Assembly (NCBI GenBank): GCA_964512645.1
Contig: CAZEJS010000001.1
Location: 64,825-128,824, forward strand
Direction of reading: 5' to 3'
Source of the DNA: an uncultured Acidimicrobiales bacterium
GTDB lineage: Bacteria; Actinomycetota; Geothermincolia; Fen-727; Anoxymicrobiaceae
Length of the DNA: 64,000 bases
Part shown: positions 29,720 to 41,136 of the stretch, piece after piece
Position numbering within the stretch: position 1 is the first letter of the stretch
Layout of the letters: each line of letters opens with the position of its first letter
Position numbers and translations under genes: made by a program
Notes under the pieces: generated by a model
Told to the model about the DNA's origin: nothing
Database searches by the model: none
What the model saw: only the letters and a program-made list of their open reading frames with translations

Positions 29720-30988
29720 TCAGCCGAGCATCCCGGCAAGGTCGTCCGGTCCCGCCTCCAGGCCGGCCGCCGGAGCGCAAAGCGCGGCAAGCGCCTCCAG
29801 TTCCACCCCGGACATCAGCAGGAAGGTGGGGCAGACCCCCAGCACGTAGCCGACGCGGTTCGCCCGCGCCCACTCCTCCGCCGAGCCCAGGGGGGGCACC
29901 CAGGAGCCGAAGAGGCCTTCGCGGCCCCGGTCCCCGATCGGCCATGCGGCCTCCGGCACGTCCTCCAGCTCTTTGACCGCGGTCACGATCTCTTCCTCGC
30001 TGGTGAGCGGCGAACCAGCGAGCCGGCGCGCCGCCCGGAGCTGGTCGATCCCCCGGCGGGCCGAGGCCTCCAGGGCCATGCAGGCGGCGGCGGGTTCCCA
30101 CCCGCCCTCCTTCAGCCAGAGGGCCGCAGCGGCCCCGGCTACCAGCATGCCCGGCTCCTCGACGTCCCCGGCCTCCATGACCGAGGGCGCCTCGCGGTAC
30201 TTGGCGAAGGTGGCGCATGCGTAAGGGCACGCGAAACAGGACCTCGTCCGGTGGGCGACCGGCGTCAGCCACCCGTCGAGGTCGGGCGCCCCCAGCCGTT
30301 CGCACAACGCCCGGAACCCCCGGTGGGATTCGACCCCGCCGAACAGGGCGACCGCGCCATCGTAGAACTCCCGGGGGTCGTCGGCGTCTATCATGCCAAG
30401 CCCGCGCACCGCCAGCGCCTTGAGGTTCTTCCGCCCCATGACCGCACCGAGCGCGGCGTCGTCACCGGAACCCCAGTAGTTGTTGGAGATCGACGCCATC
30501 GGCGAGCCCGCCTCGCCGGCGGGACCGATGCAGAGCACCTGTATGAGGCTCTCCCCCATCTCCCGCCTGATCGCGTCGGTGGCATGCCAGGTATCCAGGC
30601 CCCAGAGAGCCGAGGCGTCTTCGATGTCGGGCACCCCGTCGTGGAGCCACAGGTAAACCGGCGAGGCCGAAGCGCCTTTGACCACCACGATCCCGAACCC
30701 CGACAGCTTCATCTCCACGCCCGCGAACAGGCTCAAGGGGGCGACCGCCGGCTCCCCGGTCTGCGGGCTCTTGCCCAGGACGAAACCAAGGCACGACGCC
30801 GGCACCGGCGTGCCGGTGAGCAGCCCGGAGCCGAAGACGAGCGGGTCCGAATCGGCGTGCTTCCTGTAAAGCGCCAGCGCCGCGGCGAGCCCGGGCCCCG
30901 CCTCGTCAGCCTCGTCGAACGGGACCTGCTCGGTGGTACCGGCCTCGAGGTCGACTATGAGCGTGTCCCCGTAATACATGGAGTCCAT
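29720..30988 (-). CDS. Aldehyde:ferredoxin oxidoreductase (AOR)-family protein, unusually short (~420 aa)
   Basis: AOR N-terminal domain (MYYGDTLIVDL..PLVFGSGLLTGTPVPASCLGFVLGKSPQTG), GAVMGRKNLKALAVRG, and the AOR 4Fe-4S motif CxxCxxxC (CFACPYAC). It lacks ~180 aa of the canonical C-terminal domain. Start at ATG 30988 (GAGGAG, spacing 6). Confidence 0.6.
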   Translation of the reverse strand: MDSMYYGDTLIVDLEAGTTEQVPFDEADEAGPGLAAALALYRKHADSDPLVFGSGLLTGTPVPASCLGFVLGKSPQTGEPAVAPLSLFAGVEMKLSGFGIVVVKGASASPVYLWLHDGVPDIEDASALWGLDTWHATDAIRREMGESLIQVLCIGPAGEAGSPMASISNNYWGSGDDAALGAVMGRKNLKALAVRGLGMIDADDPREFYDGAVALFGGVESHRGFRALCERLGAPDLDGWLTPVAHRTRSCFACPYACATFAKYREAPSVMEAGDVEEPGMLVAGAAAALWLKEGGWEPAAACMALEASARRGIDQLRAARRLAGSPLTSEEEIVTAVKELEDVPEAAWPIGDRGREGLFGSWVPPLGSAEEWARANRVGYVLGVCPTFLLMSGVELEALAALCAPAAGLEAGPDDLAGMLG

Positions 30989-30998
30989 TGGCATCTCC

Positions 30999-31349
30999 TC
31001 ACTCGACGTAGAGCGCGCCCTGCGGGCACACGGCCACGCACTGGGGCTCCAGCCCGGCGCTCTCGCACATGTCGCACGCTTCCCTTATCAGGATCGGCTT
31101 GGCCGACGCGCCACCGCCGCCGCCCTTCTGCAGGTCTCCCAGCTTGACGGCGCCCGCGCCCTCCGGCCTTCCCAGGAATAGGTCCTCTCCGGTCTTCACC
31201 ATGAGCCCCATGTAGTTCTTTTTCTCTTCGGCGCGGTGGAGCATGATGCTCGAAGAGATGAGGGAAAACGCCTCGTCCCAGTGGTATCCGCAGACAAGCT
31301 CGCACAGCGCGCAGCCCGTGCATTCCAGCGGCTTGATCTTGACCCTCAC
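30999..31349 (-). CDS. 4Fe-4S ferredoxin-domain protein
   Basis: CTGCALCELVC and CDMCESAG..CVAVCP motifs. 116 aa. Immediately upstream of the AOR-like gene. Confidence 0.65.
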   Translation of the reverse strand: MRVKIKPLECTGCALCELVCGYHWDEAFSLISSSIMLHRAEEKKNYMGLMVKTGEDLFLGRPEGAGAVKLGDLQKGGGGGASAKPILIREACDMCESAGLEPQCVAVCPQGALYVE

Positions 31350-31380
31350 CCCGACCTCCTTCTCGCGGCCCCCGCGCTTC

Positions 31381-32130
31381 TCAGATGGTGTACCCGCCGT
31401 CGACCGTGTAGAGCTGCCCGGTCATGTAGCCGCCCGCCTCGCAGAGAAAGGCGACGAGCCAGGCCACTTCCTCGGGCCTTCCCCAGCGGCCCAGCGGTAT
31501 CGTCTCGAGTATCCTGGAGCGGGTCTCCTCCCCGGTTTCGACCGCCATGTCGGTATCTATGAACCCCGGCACGACCGCGTTCACGGTGATGTTGTAGCGG
31601 GCCAGCTCCCTCGCCAGCGACTTGGTGAAGCCTATCTGTGCGGCCTTGGTGGCCGCGTAGATGGTGTCGCCTGGGTAGCCGGTGACCCCGATGACCGAGG
31701 ACACGTTGATGACCCTGCCCCACCCTTTCCTCTTCATCCCCGGGACGGCGGCGGCGGTTACGTAGAAGCCGCCTTTCACGTTGGTGGCCATCAGCCTCTC
31801 CAGCAGGCCTGCGTCCACCTCCTCGATACGCGCGCCCCGCCATATGCCCGCGTTGTTGACCACAATGTCCACGCCGCCCAGCGCCTCGGCCGCCCGCTCG
31901 ACCAGCGCGGCGCACTGCTCCTCGGATGCGACGTCCGCCCGAACGCACAGGGCGCGCCGCCCTAGAGACTCGATCTCCCCGGCGACACCGAGCGCCAGGT
32001 CCTCGCGCGCCAGGTAGTTGATCGCGACGTCGCAGCCTCTGCGCGCGAGCTCCAGCGCTATCTCGCGGCCCAGGCCGCGCGAGGACCCGGTGATCAGGGC
32101 CGCCCTTCCCTCCAGGTTTTCCATCGGCAT
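31381..32130 (-). CDS. SDR-family oxidoreductase (3-oxoacyl reductase-like)
   Basis: TGSSRGLGREIA cofactor motif, NNAG, catalytic YxxxK (YAATKAA). RBS GGGGAGGG before ATG 32130. Confidence 0.8.
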   Translation of the reverse strand: MPMENLEGRAALITGSSRGLGREIALELARRGCDVAINYLAREDLALGVAGEIESLGRRALCVRADVASEEQCAALVERAAEALGGVDIVVNNAGIWRGARIEEVDAGLLERLMATNVKGGFYVTAAAVPGMKRKGWGRVINVSSVIGVTGYPGDTIYAATKAAQIGFTKSLARELARYNITVNAVVPGFIDTDMAVETGEETRSRILETIPLGRWGRPEEVAWLVAFLCEAGGYMTGQLYTVDGGYTI

Positions 32131-32226
32131 GCCATCACCCTCCCCCGTGGCGCTTGCCCGAGGAGCGCGTTCCATCCCTTCGAGCGGCGGACACGGCCCG
32201 ACCCGCGGGGCCGCAGGGACGATCCG

Positions 32227-33909
<1,683 letters not shown>

Positions 33910-33944
33910 TTCGCCCTCCCCGGCCCGCGGTCCCCCGGACCGCT

Positions 33945-34718
33945 TCACTTTCCCTTGTACTCCGGGTCCCGCTTCTCCAGGAAGGCCTTTACGCCCTCGC
34001 GGCTGTCCTCGGTCCCGAACGTCAGCGCGCAGGCGGCGGCCTCCAGCGCCCCGCCCAGGGGGATCGACGCCTCGGCGGCGGCGTTGACCGCCTCCTTGGC
34101 CAGCGCCATGGCCAGCGGCGCCTTGGAGGCAAGGAGCCCTGCGACCTCCATCGCCTCGTCCATCAGCTTTTCCGCGGGCACCACCCGCGACACCAGCCCC
34201 ATCATCAGCGCCTCGGACGCGTCGACGACGCGACCGGTCAGCACCAGGTCCTTGGCGCGGCCCAGGCCCACTATCTTGGTCAGGCGCTGGCTGCCGGCCC
34301 AGCCGGGCATCACCCCGTAGTTTATCTCCAGCTGGCCGAAGCGCGCCCGTTCGCTGCAGAGCCTGATGTCGCAGGCCAGCGCCACCTCGCACCCTCCCCC
34401 GAAGGCGAAACCGTTGACCGCGGCGAGCACCGGCTTCTCCATCTCCTCCATGTCGCGCAGTATCCTCTGCCCGGCCTGGAGTACGTACTTCGCCTTCACC
34501 ACCGCGTCGAGCTGCTCGAAGCCGGAGATGTCAGCCCCACCGATGAACGATTTCCCCGAACCGGTGAGGACGACGGCCCGCACCTCCGGGTCCTCCCGCG
34601 CCCCGGCGAGCAGCTCCGCCAGCTCGAGCATGTCGTCGAGGTGAATGAGGTTGAGCGGCGGCTTGTCCAGCACCAGGAGCGCCACCCGGCCTTCCCTGCT
34701 GGCTGACCATACTCCCAT
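33945..34718 (-). CDS. Enoyl-CoA hydratase/isomerase (crotonase family)
   Basis: SFIGGADISGF and VNGFAFGGGCEVALACD oxyanion-hole motifs. Confidence 0.8.
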   Translation of the reverse strand: MGVWSASREGRVALLVLDKPPLNLIHLDDMLELAELLAGAREDPEVRAVVLTGSGKSFIGGADISGFEQLDAVVKAKYVLQAGQRILRDMEEMEKPVLAAVNGFAFGGGCEVALACDIRLCSERARFGQLEINYGVMPGWAGSQRLTKIVGLGRAKDLVLTGRVVDASEALMMGLVSRVVPAEKLMDEAMEVAGLLASKAPLAMALAKEAVNAAAEASIPLGGALEAAACALTFGTEDSREGVKAFLEKRDPEYKGK

Positions 34719-34745
34719 CGTTCTCTCCTCCTGTGTCGTGCCCCG

Positions 34746-36281
34746 TCAGACCCCCGCCTGGTCGGCGGATATGCCGTGCCGTCCGGGGTTCATCATGTTC
34801 AGGGGGTCCAGCTCGCGCTTGAGCGCCTTCAGCAGGTCGAAGTACGTGCCCAGCAGGGGCGTCTGCACCCAGCCGAAGCCGGACCTCTCGCCGCCGTAGG
34901 GCCTGTCGAACATGCCGCCAGACTCGCATATGAACGGGATGGCGTCGCGCGCCATGGCCATGCCCTTCTTGATCCCCTCGGGCTCCCCCTGGTTGGGGTA
35001 GGCGTCCATCTCCAGCATGCCGCTCCTTCCGAACTCCAGCGGCTGGAGGTAGAAGGTCGTCTCCTCGAACGGGTACGGCCTGTCGGCCTTCTCCGGGTCG
35101 GTGTCGGCGAAGTTTTTGCGCGCCAGCTTCATGAACTGCCTGGCGAACGTGGCCGCCTGCCCCATGGGGATGTTGAACCAGAACAGCTCGAAGCAGCCGG
35201 AGAGCCTCTCCACCCTGGGGGTGACCTGTATGATCTTGAACACCCGCTTCCACGGCACCAGCTCCTTGAGGAGCTCCAGCATCATGTCCGGCGAAAGCCC
35301 CGCCCCGGTCCTCTCGACGATCGCGTCGAGCTGCTCCCGCCTTATCTCCAGTTCCTCCTCGGTCTCTCCTCCGTAGTAGACCAGGGCGCTCTGCCGGGGC
35401 ATCTGGGCGCGCAGCGTCTCCGCGCCCTCCTGGTTGGGGGTCACGCCGAGGGCGAGATACCCGTCCTGGAACAGTATGGTCTCGAAGCTGCAGTCCTCCC
35501 TGGCGACCTGCCTGAGGAACTCGCTCACCCCGTCCAGGTCGTCCTCGGGAAACTCCGCGGGCATGATCTCCTCGTGCACGGGCATCGGGTAGAGCTGGGC
35601 CACCATCTCGGTGCAGATGCCCATCGTGCCTATCGAACCCTGGAAGACCCCGGAAATGTCCGGGCCCGGGCCTTCGACGCAGATCGGACCGTAGTTGTCC
35701 TGGTGCAGGCAGCCGGTGCGGAGAATCTCCCCGTCAGGCAGCACCACCACCAGGCCCAGTATGGAGTCGGTGCCGACCCCGTACTTGTTGGACACCTGGA
35801 ACACTCCTTTGTCCAGGTAGTTCGCGAGCATGGACACGCTGGCCGGCGCGCTGGGGACCGGGTTGCGCAGGCCCACTTTCTCCACCTCGACATAGACCTT
35901 GCCGAACGTCGCCGCGGGCTGGATGCGGCAGCACATGTTCTCCACGTCGATCTCCAGCACCCTGTCCATCCGCCTCATGTCCACGGTGACTCCGCCCCTC
36001 TGGGGTATGCACCCGCCGCCGACGTTGCCCCCGGTGGACCAGGCGACAACCGGGGCGCCGTAACGCCTCGCGGCTTTGACCACCTTCGCGACCTGCTCGG
36101 TGGACTCCGGAAGGACCACTATGTTCGGGTTGTGAGCGACCTCGAGGCTCTGGTCGCGCGAATACCCTATGAGGATGACCGGGTCGTCGGTGGCCCACTC
36201 GTCGCCCACTATCTTCTTGAGCTTCCCCAGAAGCTCCGTGTACGTCTCTTTCGTCGTGAGGTCTACCTGCTTGACTGCCAT
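34746..36281 (-). CDS. FAD-linked oxidase (GlcD / D-2-hydroxyacid dehydrogenase-like, PCMH FAD-binding)
   Basis: FAD_binding_4-type region (VVLPESTEQVAKVVKAARRYGAPVVAWSTGGN) plus a FAD-oxidase C-terminal domain. 511 aa. Confidence 0.75.
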   Translation of the reverse strand: MAVKQVDLTTKETYTELLGKLKKIVGDEWATDDPVILIGYSRDQSLEVAHNPNIVVLPESTEQVAKVVKAARRYGAPVVAWSTGGNVGGGCIPQRGGVTVDMRRMDRVLEIDVENMCCRIQPAATFGKVYVEVEKVGLRNPVPSAPASVSMLANYLDKGVFQVSNKYGVGTDSILGLVVVLPDGEILRTGCLHQDNYGPICVEGPGPDISGVFQGSIGTMGICTEMVAQLYPMPVHEEIMPAEFPEDDLDGVSEFLRQVAREDCSFETILFQDGYLALGVTPNQEGAETLRAQMPRQSALVYYGGETEEELEIRREQLDAIVERTGAGLSPDMMLELLKELVPWKRVFKIIQVTPRVERLSGCFELFWFNIPMGQAATFARQFMKLARKNFADTDPEKADRPYPFEETTFYLQPLEFGRSGMLEMDAYPNQGEPEGIKKGMAMARDAIPFICESGGMFDRPYGGERSGFGWVQTPLLGTYFDLLKALKRELDPLNMMNPGRHGISADQAGV

Positions 36282-36294
36282 GCGACCGCCCTCC

Positions 36295-37497
36295 TCAACC
36301 CATCGACTCGCGCACCAGCTCGAGTATGTCCAGAAGCTCTATCCTGCCGCCCGTGGCGTCGCCGAGGTTCTGCTCGCAGAACGGGCATGAGGTCACCAGC
36401 GCTTCCGCCCCGGTGCTCATGGCCTCGCGGACCCTCTCCCCCGCGACCCAGAGGGCGAACTCGGGAAACGCCGACTTGACCCCGGCGCCGGCGCCGCAGC
36501 AGAACGCGTTGGCCCTGTTGCGGGGCATCTCGACCAGCTCGATGCCGGGTACCGCCTCGAGCACGCTGCGCGGCGCGTCGTACACCCCGGTGTAGCGCCC
36601 GAGGTGGCAGGGGTCGTGGTAGGTGACCTTTTTCTTCACCGGTTTCTTGAGCTTGATGTCGCCGGAGCGGATGAGCTCGTCGATCAGCTCCAGCGAGTGG
36701 GTCACCGTGGAGGACAGCCCGCCGAACTCCTCGTACTCCTCGCGCAGGATGGAATTGCAGCCCGAGCAGGATGTCACGATCCTCTCGGAGGAGACCGATT
36801 CGAGCGACTCCATGTTCATCAGCGCGCGCTTCCGGTAGGCGTCGTAATCCCCCATCCGCAGGAGCGTGCTCCCGCAGCAGAGCTCGTCCTTGCCCAGCAC
36901 GCCGAAGGGGACACCGGCCTTCAGGAGGATCTCCGCGGTGGCCCTGGCGATCCCCTGCAGCTTCGGGTCGTACGCCGCGGTGCACCCGACGTAGTAGAGG
37001 ACTTCGACCTTCTGCTTCCGCGCGTCGGGGAGCCCCATCTTCTTCATCCAGACGTCGCGCCTCGCTCTCGGCTGCTGCCAGGGGTTGTCGTAGTTCTCCA
37101 TGGATTTGATGAGCGTCTCGTGCTCGGGGAGCGGGGCCAGTTCGTCCCGGAACGCCCTCTCGCGCAGAGCCACGATGGTCTTCAGCGGGTTCTTGTTGCC
37201 CTGGTCCGAGCAGATGACCTGGCAGCCGCCGCACTCGGTGCAGGTGAAGAGCACGTGCTTGAGGGAGTCGCTGTACTCGAGGCTGCCCTCGAGCAGGCCC
37301 CGGGCTATCTCCTGCCTGCCGGAGGCGTAGTAGGCCTCGTACTTGTAGCGCAGCCCCGAGGGGCAGATCCCCATGAAATCGGTGTCGGTTATCTCCTCGT
37401 GGTCTATGTACTTGCACAGCATGCACTTGCCGCAGCGGTACGAGTCCTTCTGGACCTGCAGCAGGGGGTCGTACGGGTTCCTGGTCAAGTCTGACAC
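36295..37497 (-). CDS. GlcF/HdrD-like iron-sulfur subunit (2x4Fe-4S plus 2 CCG domains)
   Basis: CGKCMLCKYI../CTECGGCQVIC ferredoxin motifs. CCG motifs (CCGSTLL, CCGAGAG, CPFCE). Confidence 0.75.
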   Translation of the reverse strand: MSDLTRNPYDPLLQVQKDSYRCGKCMLCKYIDHEEITDTDFMGICPSGLRYKYEAYYASGRQEIARGLLEGSLEYSDSLKHVLFTCTECGGCQVICSDQGNKNPLKTIVALRERAFRDELAPLPEHETLIKSMENYDNPWQQPRARRDVWMKKMGLPDARKQKVEVLYYVGCTAAYDPKLQGIARATAEILLKAGVPFGVLGKDELCCGSTLLRMGDYDAYRKRALMNMESLESVSSERIVTSCSGCNSILREEYEEFGGLSSTVTHSLELIDELIRSGDIKLKKPVKKKVTYHDPCHLGRYTGVYDAPRSVLEAVPGIELVEMPRNRANAFCCGAGAGVKSAFPEFALWVAGERVREAMSTGAEALVTSCPFCEQNLGDATGGRIELLDILELVRESMG

Positions 37498-37498
37498 G

Positions 37499-38833
37499 TC
37501 ACACCTCCACTACCTGTCCGGAGTTCAGCATGTCCTCGGGGTCGACGATCTCCTTGAGCCGCCTGAGCATCTTCATGTACGAAGCCTGCTTCTTGAAAAT
37601 ATGGGTCGCGAGCGAGCCGGTGGGGTTGGGGAAGAATGCCCCCTCGTCGGCCAGCTTGACGAGGAGCTCCTTAACCGCGTCCGCCGCGCCGGGCCCGGGC
37701 TCGAGCACGTCGAACTGCAGGTACGCCGAGGCGCCCCTCTTCACGGGGATCACCATCGCCGCCGTCTTTCCCTTGCCTTTGAGCCCCGCTTCGGCGATGC
37801 CCGAGAGCTCCTCCACCCGTGAGAAGCTCGTGTAGAAACCGAAGGAGACTTCGGGCGCGTACCAGGGCCGGCCCAGCGCCTCCCCGGCGGCCTCCGCCAG
37901 CTTCGCCTTGCCGGCGGCCGGCCGGAGCTTCAGCTCGGCGGCCAGCTCGTCGATCCTCTTCTCCTGGTAGGCCACCAGCCGCGGGCTGCCCTCCAGTCCG
38001 AATACGACCGTCCACGCGGAGAGCCCGGCGTCCTCGCCCATTACCTCGACGGCCTTGGCCTTGCTCAAGACCAGTATCTCGGTACCCACCTCGGACCTGG
38101 CGCACCTCCGGGCCAGGGAGCAGGCCTGCCCGCGGGTCGTAAAACCTCTCACGGCGACACCGCTGTCCTCGGGCTCGGGGTACAGGAACACGAAACCTCC
38201 GAGGGGTATCCCGAAGGAGTTGCGCGAGCCGGTGAAGACCTTGCTGATGTTGGGCCCGCCGTCCTCCCGCCAGTGGGTGGTGGAGTTCGGGAGGGCGTCG
38301 GAGCCGGAACGGTATTCGCGCCCGTCGGCGAGCATGGCGTGGAAAGTCGCCAGTTGCCGGTTGGTGAAACGGTTCGCGGCCAGAACCACCTCGCGTTCCA
38401 GCGCGCTTTCCAGGATGTAAGGGGAGCGCGCCGCCGCCGGCAGCGCCACCCTGACGCCGGCCGCCGCCAGCTCGGGCAGGGCCTGCTCCCATGTCACCCC
38501 GGGCTGAACGTGCAGGTACAGGTTGGTGGCGTCGATGGACTCGATCTTGCACATGTTTCTGAAATCGACCACCACCCCCGGCCTCGCGGGGGCGAGCCCC
38601 CACGGCAGGGGGGTGTAGACCGACAGGCCGTACGCCCTGGCCACGGAGAGTACGTGTTCGATGTCCGTCCGCCCCCGGGGGTAGACCACGCAAATCACGT
38701 TCCCTGCCGGATGGCCGTCCTCGAGGTACGACGCGATGGTCGCCTCGTCATCGGAGAACCGCCTCGGGTCCACCATGATCTCGCGCAGTCTCGCCCTGGC
38801 GAACGCCGGGTCGGGTCCGCTCCTCGCTGCCAT
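37499..38833 (-). CDS. FAD-binding oxidase subunit (GlcE-like)
   Basis: PCMH-type FAD-binding N-terminal region (VICVVYPRGRTDIEHVLSVARAYGLSVYTPLPWG). ATG 38833 with AAGGAGG RBS. The stop lies 1 nt before the GlcF-like start. Confidence 0.6.
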   Translation of the reverse strand: MAARSGPDPAFARARLREIMVDPRRFSDDEATIASYLEDGHPAGNVICVVYPRGRTDIEHVLSVARAYGLSVYTPLPWGLAPARPGVVVDFRNMCKIESIDATNLYLHVQPGVTWEQALPELAAAGVRVALPAAARSPYILESALEREVVLAANRFTNRQLATFHAMLADGREYRSGSDALPNSTTHWREDGGPNISKVFTGSRNSFGIPLGGFVFLYPEPEDSGVAVRGFTTRGQACSLARRCARSEVGTEILVLSKAKAVEVMGEDAGLSAWTVVFGLEGSPRLVAYQEKRIDELAAELKLRPAAGKAKLAEAAGEALGRPWYAPEVSFGFYTSFSRVEELSGIAEAGLKGKGKTAAMVIPVKRGASAYLQFDVLEPGPGAADAVKELLVKLADEGAFFPNPTGSLATHIFKKQASYMKMLRRLKEIVDPEDMLNSGQVVEV

Positions 38834-38998
38834 GCATCCTCCTTTCCGCCAACGTACCGTGGAAAGCTCGCGGGTTGTGGCACCGGCATGGATCCAGGAT
38901 GCGCGTGCCACCCGCGGGTCCTCCGGTCCGCCCCGCTCCACCTCGTTCAAACCCGTCCGCAGTGCTACCGCGCCCCACGGGGGTGCGGTGTCCGCGTT

Positions 38999-39964
38999 TC
39001 AATCCTCCAGCCCGAGGGCCCTCGCCAGCTCGTCGGCCGCGCCGTGGGGATCCAGCTCGCGGGCCGCCATCCTCTCCGTCAACCCGGCCGCCGCGCCTCC
39101 CTCGCCCAGCGCGTCGAGCGCGAGCGAGGCCACCCGCAGGCTGAGAATGCCCAGCGCCTCGGCCTTCATCCTCTGGAGGGTCTTCTTCTCGAGCATGCCG
39201 CTCTCCACCAGGTAGCGCCTGTGAAGCGCCACCTGCCGGGCCAGCTCGTCCACGCCTCCGCCCTCGAGGGCGGAGGTCGCCACGACCGGAGGCTTCCGTC
39301 CGGCGCCAACGTGGTCCGGCCTGGTATCGACCATCATCTCCAGGTCGGCGACTGTGCGCATGGCCCCCTCGCGGTCGGACTTGTTGACCACGAAGATGTC
39401 GGCTATCTCCAGGATGCCCGCCTTGATCGCCTGTACCTCGTCTCCGGCGCCGGGCATCGTCACCACCACGCATGTGTGCGCGAACTTCACAATGTCTATC
39501 TCCACCTGGCCCGCGCCTACGGTCTCGACAATGACGTACTCCTTGCCGAAAGCGTCGAGCACGTTGATCACGTCGTTGGTCGCAACGGACAGGCCGCCCT
39601 GCGCGCCCCGGCTCCCCATGCTCCGGATGAACACCCCGGGGTCCGATGAGAGCTCCTGCATCCTGACCCGGTCCCCCAGCAGGGCGCCCCCGGTGAAGGG
39701 GCTCGTCGGATCGACGCAGACGATGCCTACCGACGAACCTTCCTCCCGGAAATGTGCCGCCAGCCTGCACGCCAGCGTGCTCTTGCCGCTGCCCGGGGAA
39801 CCGGTGAGGCCGATGATATGGGCCTTCCCCGAGTGGCGGTGCAGCCGGCGGAGGATCTCCCGCGCGCCGTGCTCGCCGTTCTCCACCATGGTGATCAGGC
39901 GGGCGGCCGCCCTCCGGTCCCCCGAAAGGAGCTTCTCGTACAGCTCCCCGGCGCCGCCCTTCAA
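38999..39964 (-). CDS. meaB: Methylmalonyl-CoA-mutase-associated G-protein chaperone (MeaB/ArgK family GTPase)
   Basis: P-loop GLTGSPGSGKST, G-motifs DPTSPFTGGALLGD and NKSD. ~320 aa. Confidence 0.85.
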   Translation of the reverse strand: MKGGAGELYEKLLSGDRRAAARLITMVENGEHGAREILRRLHRHSGKAHIIGLTGSPGSGKSTLACRLAAHFREEGSSVGIVCVDPTSPFTGGALLGDRVRMQELSSDPGVFIRSMGSRGAQGGLSVATNDVINVLDAFGKEYVIVETVGAGQVEIDIVKFAHTCVVVTMPGAGDEVQAIKAGILEIADIFVVNKSDREGAMRTVADLEMMVDTRPDHVGAGRKPPVVATSALEGGGVDELARQVALHRRYLVESGMLEKKTLQRMKAEALGILSLRVASLALDALGEGGAAAGLTERMAARELDPHGAADELARALGLED

Positions 39965-40362
39965 GGCCGGCCTCTGCGTTCCTCGATGAACGCGACGATG
40001 TCGCGCGTGTCGGTGCCCGGCCCGAACACCCGGGCGACGCCGTGCTCGCGCACCAGGACCTCCGCGTCCTCCGGAGGTATCACGCCCCCGGCGATAACCG
40101 TGATGTCGGCGGCGTCGTTCTCTGCGAGCAGCCCGGTTATGCGCGGTATCAGGGCCATGTGCGCCCCGGAGAGCATCGATAGCCCCAGCACGTCCACGTC
40201 CTCCTGGAGGGCCGCCTCCACCAGGTTCTCCGGCGTCTGCTTGAGGCCGGAGTAGATGACCTCCATGCCCGCGTCCCGAAGCGCCTGCCCGACTATCAGC
40301 ACGCCCCTGTCGTGCCCGTCGAGGCCCGGCTTGCAGAGGAACACCCGGATCTTCCTACCCAT
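39961..40362 (-). CDS. Cobalamin (B12)-binding domain protein (mutase small subunit)
   Basis: [36 protein letters not shown] contains the DxHxxG B12-binding motif. Start M13 at 40362. ATGA-type overlap with the MeaB start. Confidence 0.75.
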   Translation of the reverse strand: MGRKIRVFLCKPGLDGHDRGVLIVGQALRDAGMEVIYSGLKQTPENLVEAALQEDVDVLGLSMLSGAHMALIPRITGLLAENDAADITVIAGGVIPPEDAEVLVREHGVARVFGPGTDTRDIVAFIEERRGRP

Positions 40363-40975
40363 CCGCACCCCTCCCCGCGATAACCCTGCCGGAACCATCC
40401 CCGTCTTTCACGCAGATGCCGTGGGCGATCAGCTCCAGTATCGACGAATAGACATCCTCCAGCGAAAGGCTCGTGCCCAGCAGAAAGTCCGGGGCCATCG
40501 TTGTCACCAGGGTGCCTTTGAGGGCGGCTATGGTCACGTTGGTATCCAGGCCATCCTTGAAGACGCCCTTCTCCTTGCCCTCGTCGATGACCGAGCGGAT
40601 CTCGGAGACTATCTGCTCCTCGGCGCCGCGGACCCGCGCCCAGAGGTCCGGCAGCTCTCTCTGGAGGTCGATGAGGGCTACCGGCGTTATACCGGGGTAC
40701 GGCAGTTCCATGAAGAACCTGGAAAGGCTGCGAAGCTTCTCCAGCGGATCCGCCCCGGAGCCGATGATAGCCCGCATCCGGGAGGAGAAGACCTCGAGCT
40801 CGCTTTCCACCACCTCGGTGGCGATGGCGTTCTTGGAAGGGAAGTTCTCGTAGAGGGTTCGCTTGCTCATGCCCGCGCGGCGCGCGATGTCATCCATGGT
40901 AGTTGTCCTGTACCCCCGGACCAGGAACTGCTCACGCGCGGATGACAGGATCTTTTCCTTTAGAGGTTCGCCCAC
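40355..40975 (-). CDS. TetR/AcrR-family transcriptional regulator
   Basis: N-terminal HTH (GYRTTTMDDIARRAGMSKRTLYENFPSKNAI). ~206 aa. GTG start 40975. First gene of the long minus-strand operon. Confidence 0.8.
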   Translation of the reverse strand: MGEPLKEKILSSAREQFLVRGYRTTTMDDIARRAGMSKRTLYENFPSKNAIATEVVESELEVFSSRMRAIIGSGADPLEKLRSLSRFFMELPYPGITPVALIDLQRELPDLWARVRGAEEQIVSEIRSVIDEGKEKGVFKDGLDTNVTIAALKGTLVTTMAPDFLLGTSLSLEDVYSSILELIAHGICVKDGDGSGRVIAGRGADG

Positions 40976-40994
40976 GTACCGCTCCTGAAAACCA

Positions 40995-41015
40995 ATAAAA
41001 CCCTCGGAGTTTTAT
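40995..41015. promoter_or_regulatory. Perfect 7-bp inverted repeat ATAAAAC-N7-GTTTTAT 20 bp upstream of the tetR start; candidate TetR operator
   Basis: Read directly at 40995-41001 and 41009-41015. It sits in the divergent intergenic region between tetR (-) and the 41166 (+) gene. Confidence 0.45.
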
Positions 41016-41105
41016 CGGTTCAAGATACTATCAAGCCGCGCGAGAAAAGGTCAACACCTGAATCGGCACGGCTTCCGCGCCCGGTTTTTCACCGTGACGC
41101 ACCAC

Positions 41106-41136
41106 TTGAGGCGACCTGCGGACATTGTGCTAGAAT
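41106..41136 (+). promoter_or_regulatory. Sigma-70-like promoter candidate (TTGAGG -35, extended -10 TGcTAGAAT)
   Basis: TAGAAT at 41131-41136 with an upstream TG. TTGAGG at 41106-41111 (19-nt spacing, slightly long). ~30 nt upstream of ATG 41166. Confidence 0.35.
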
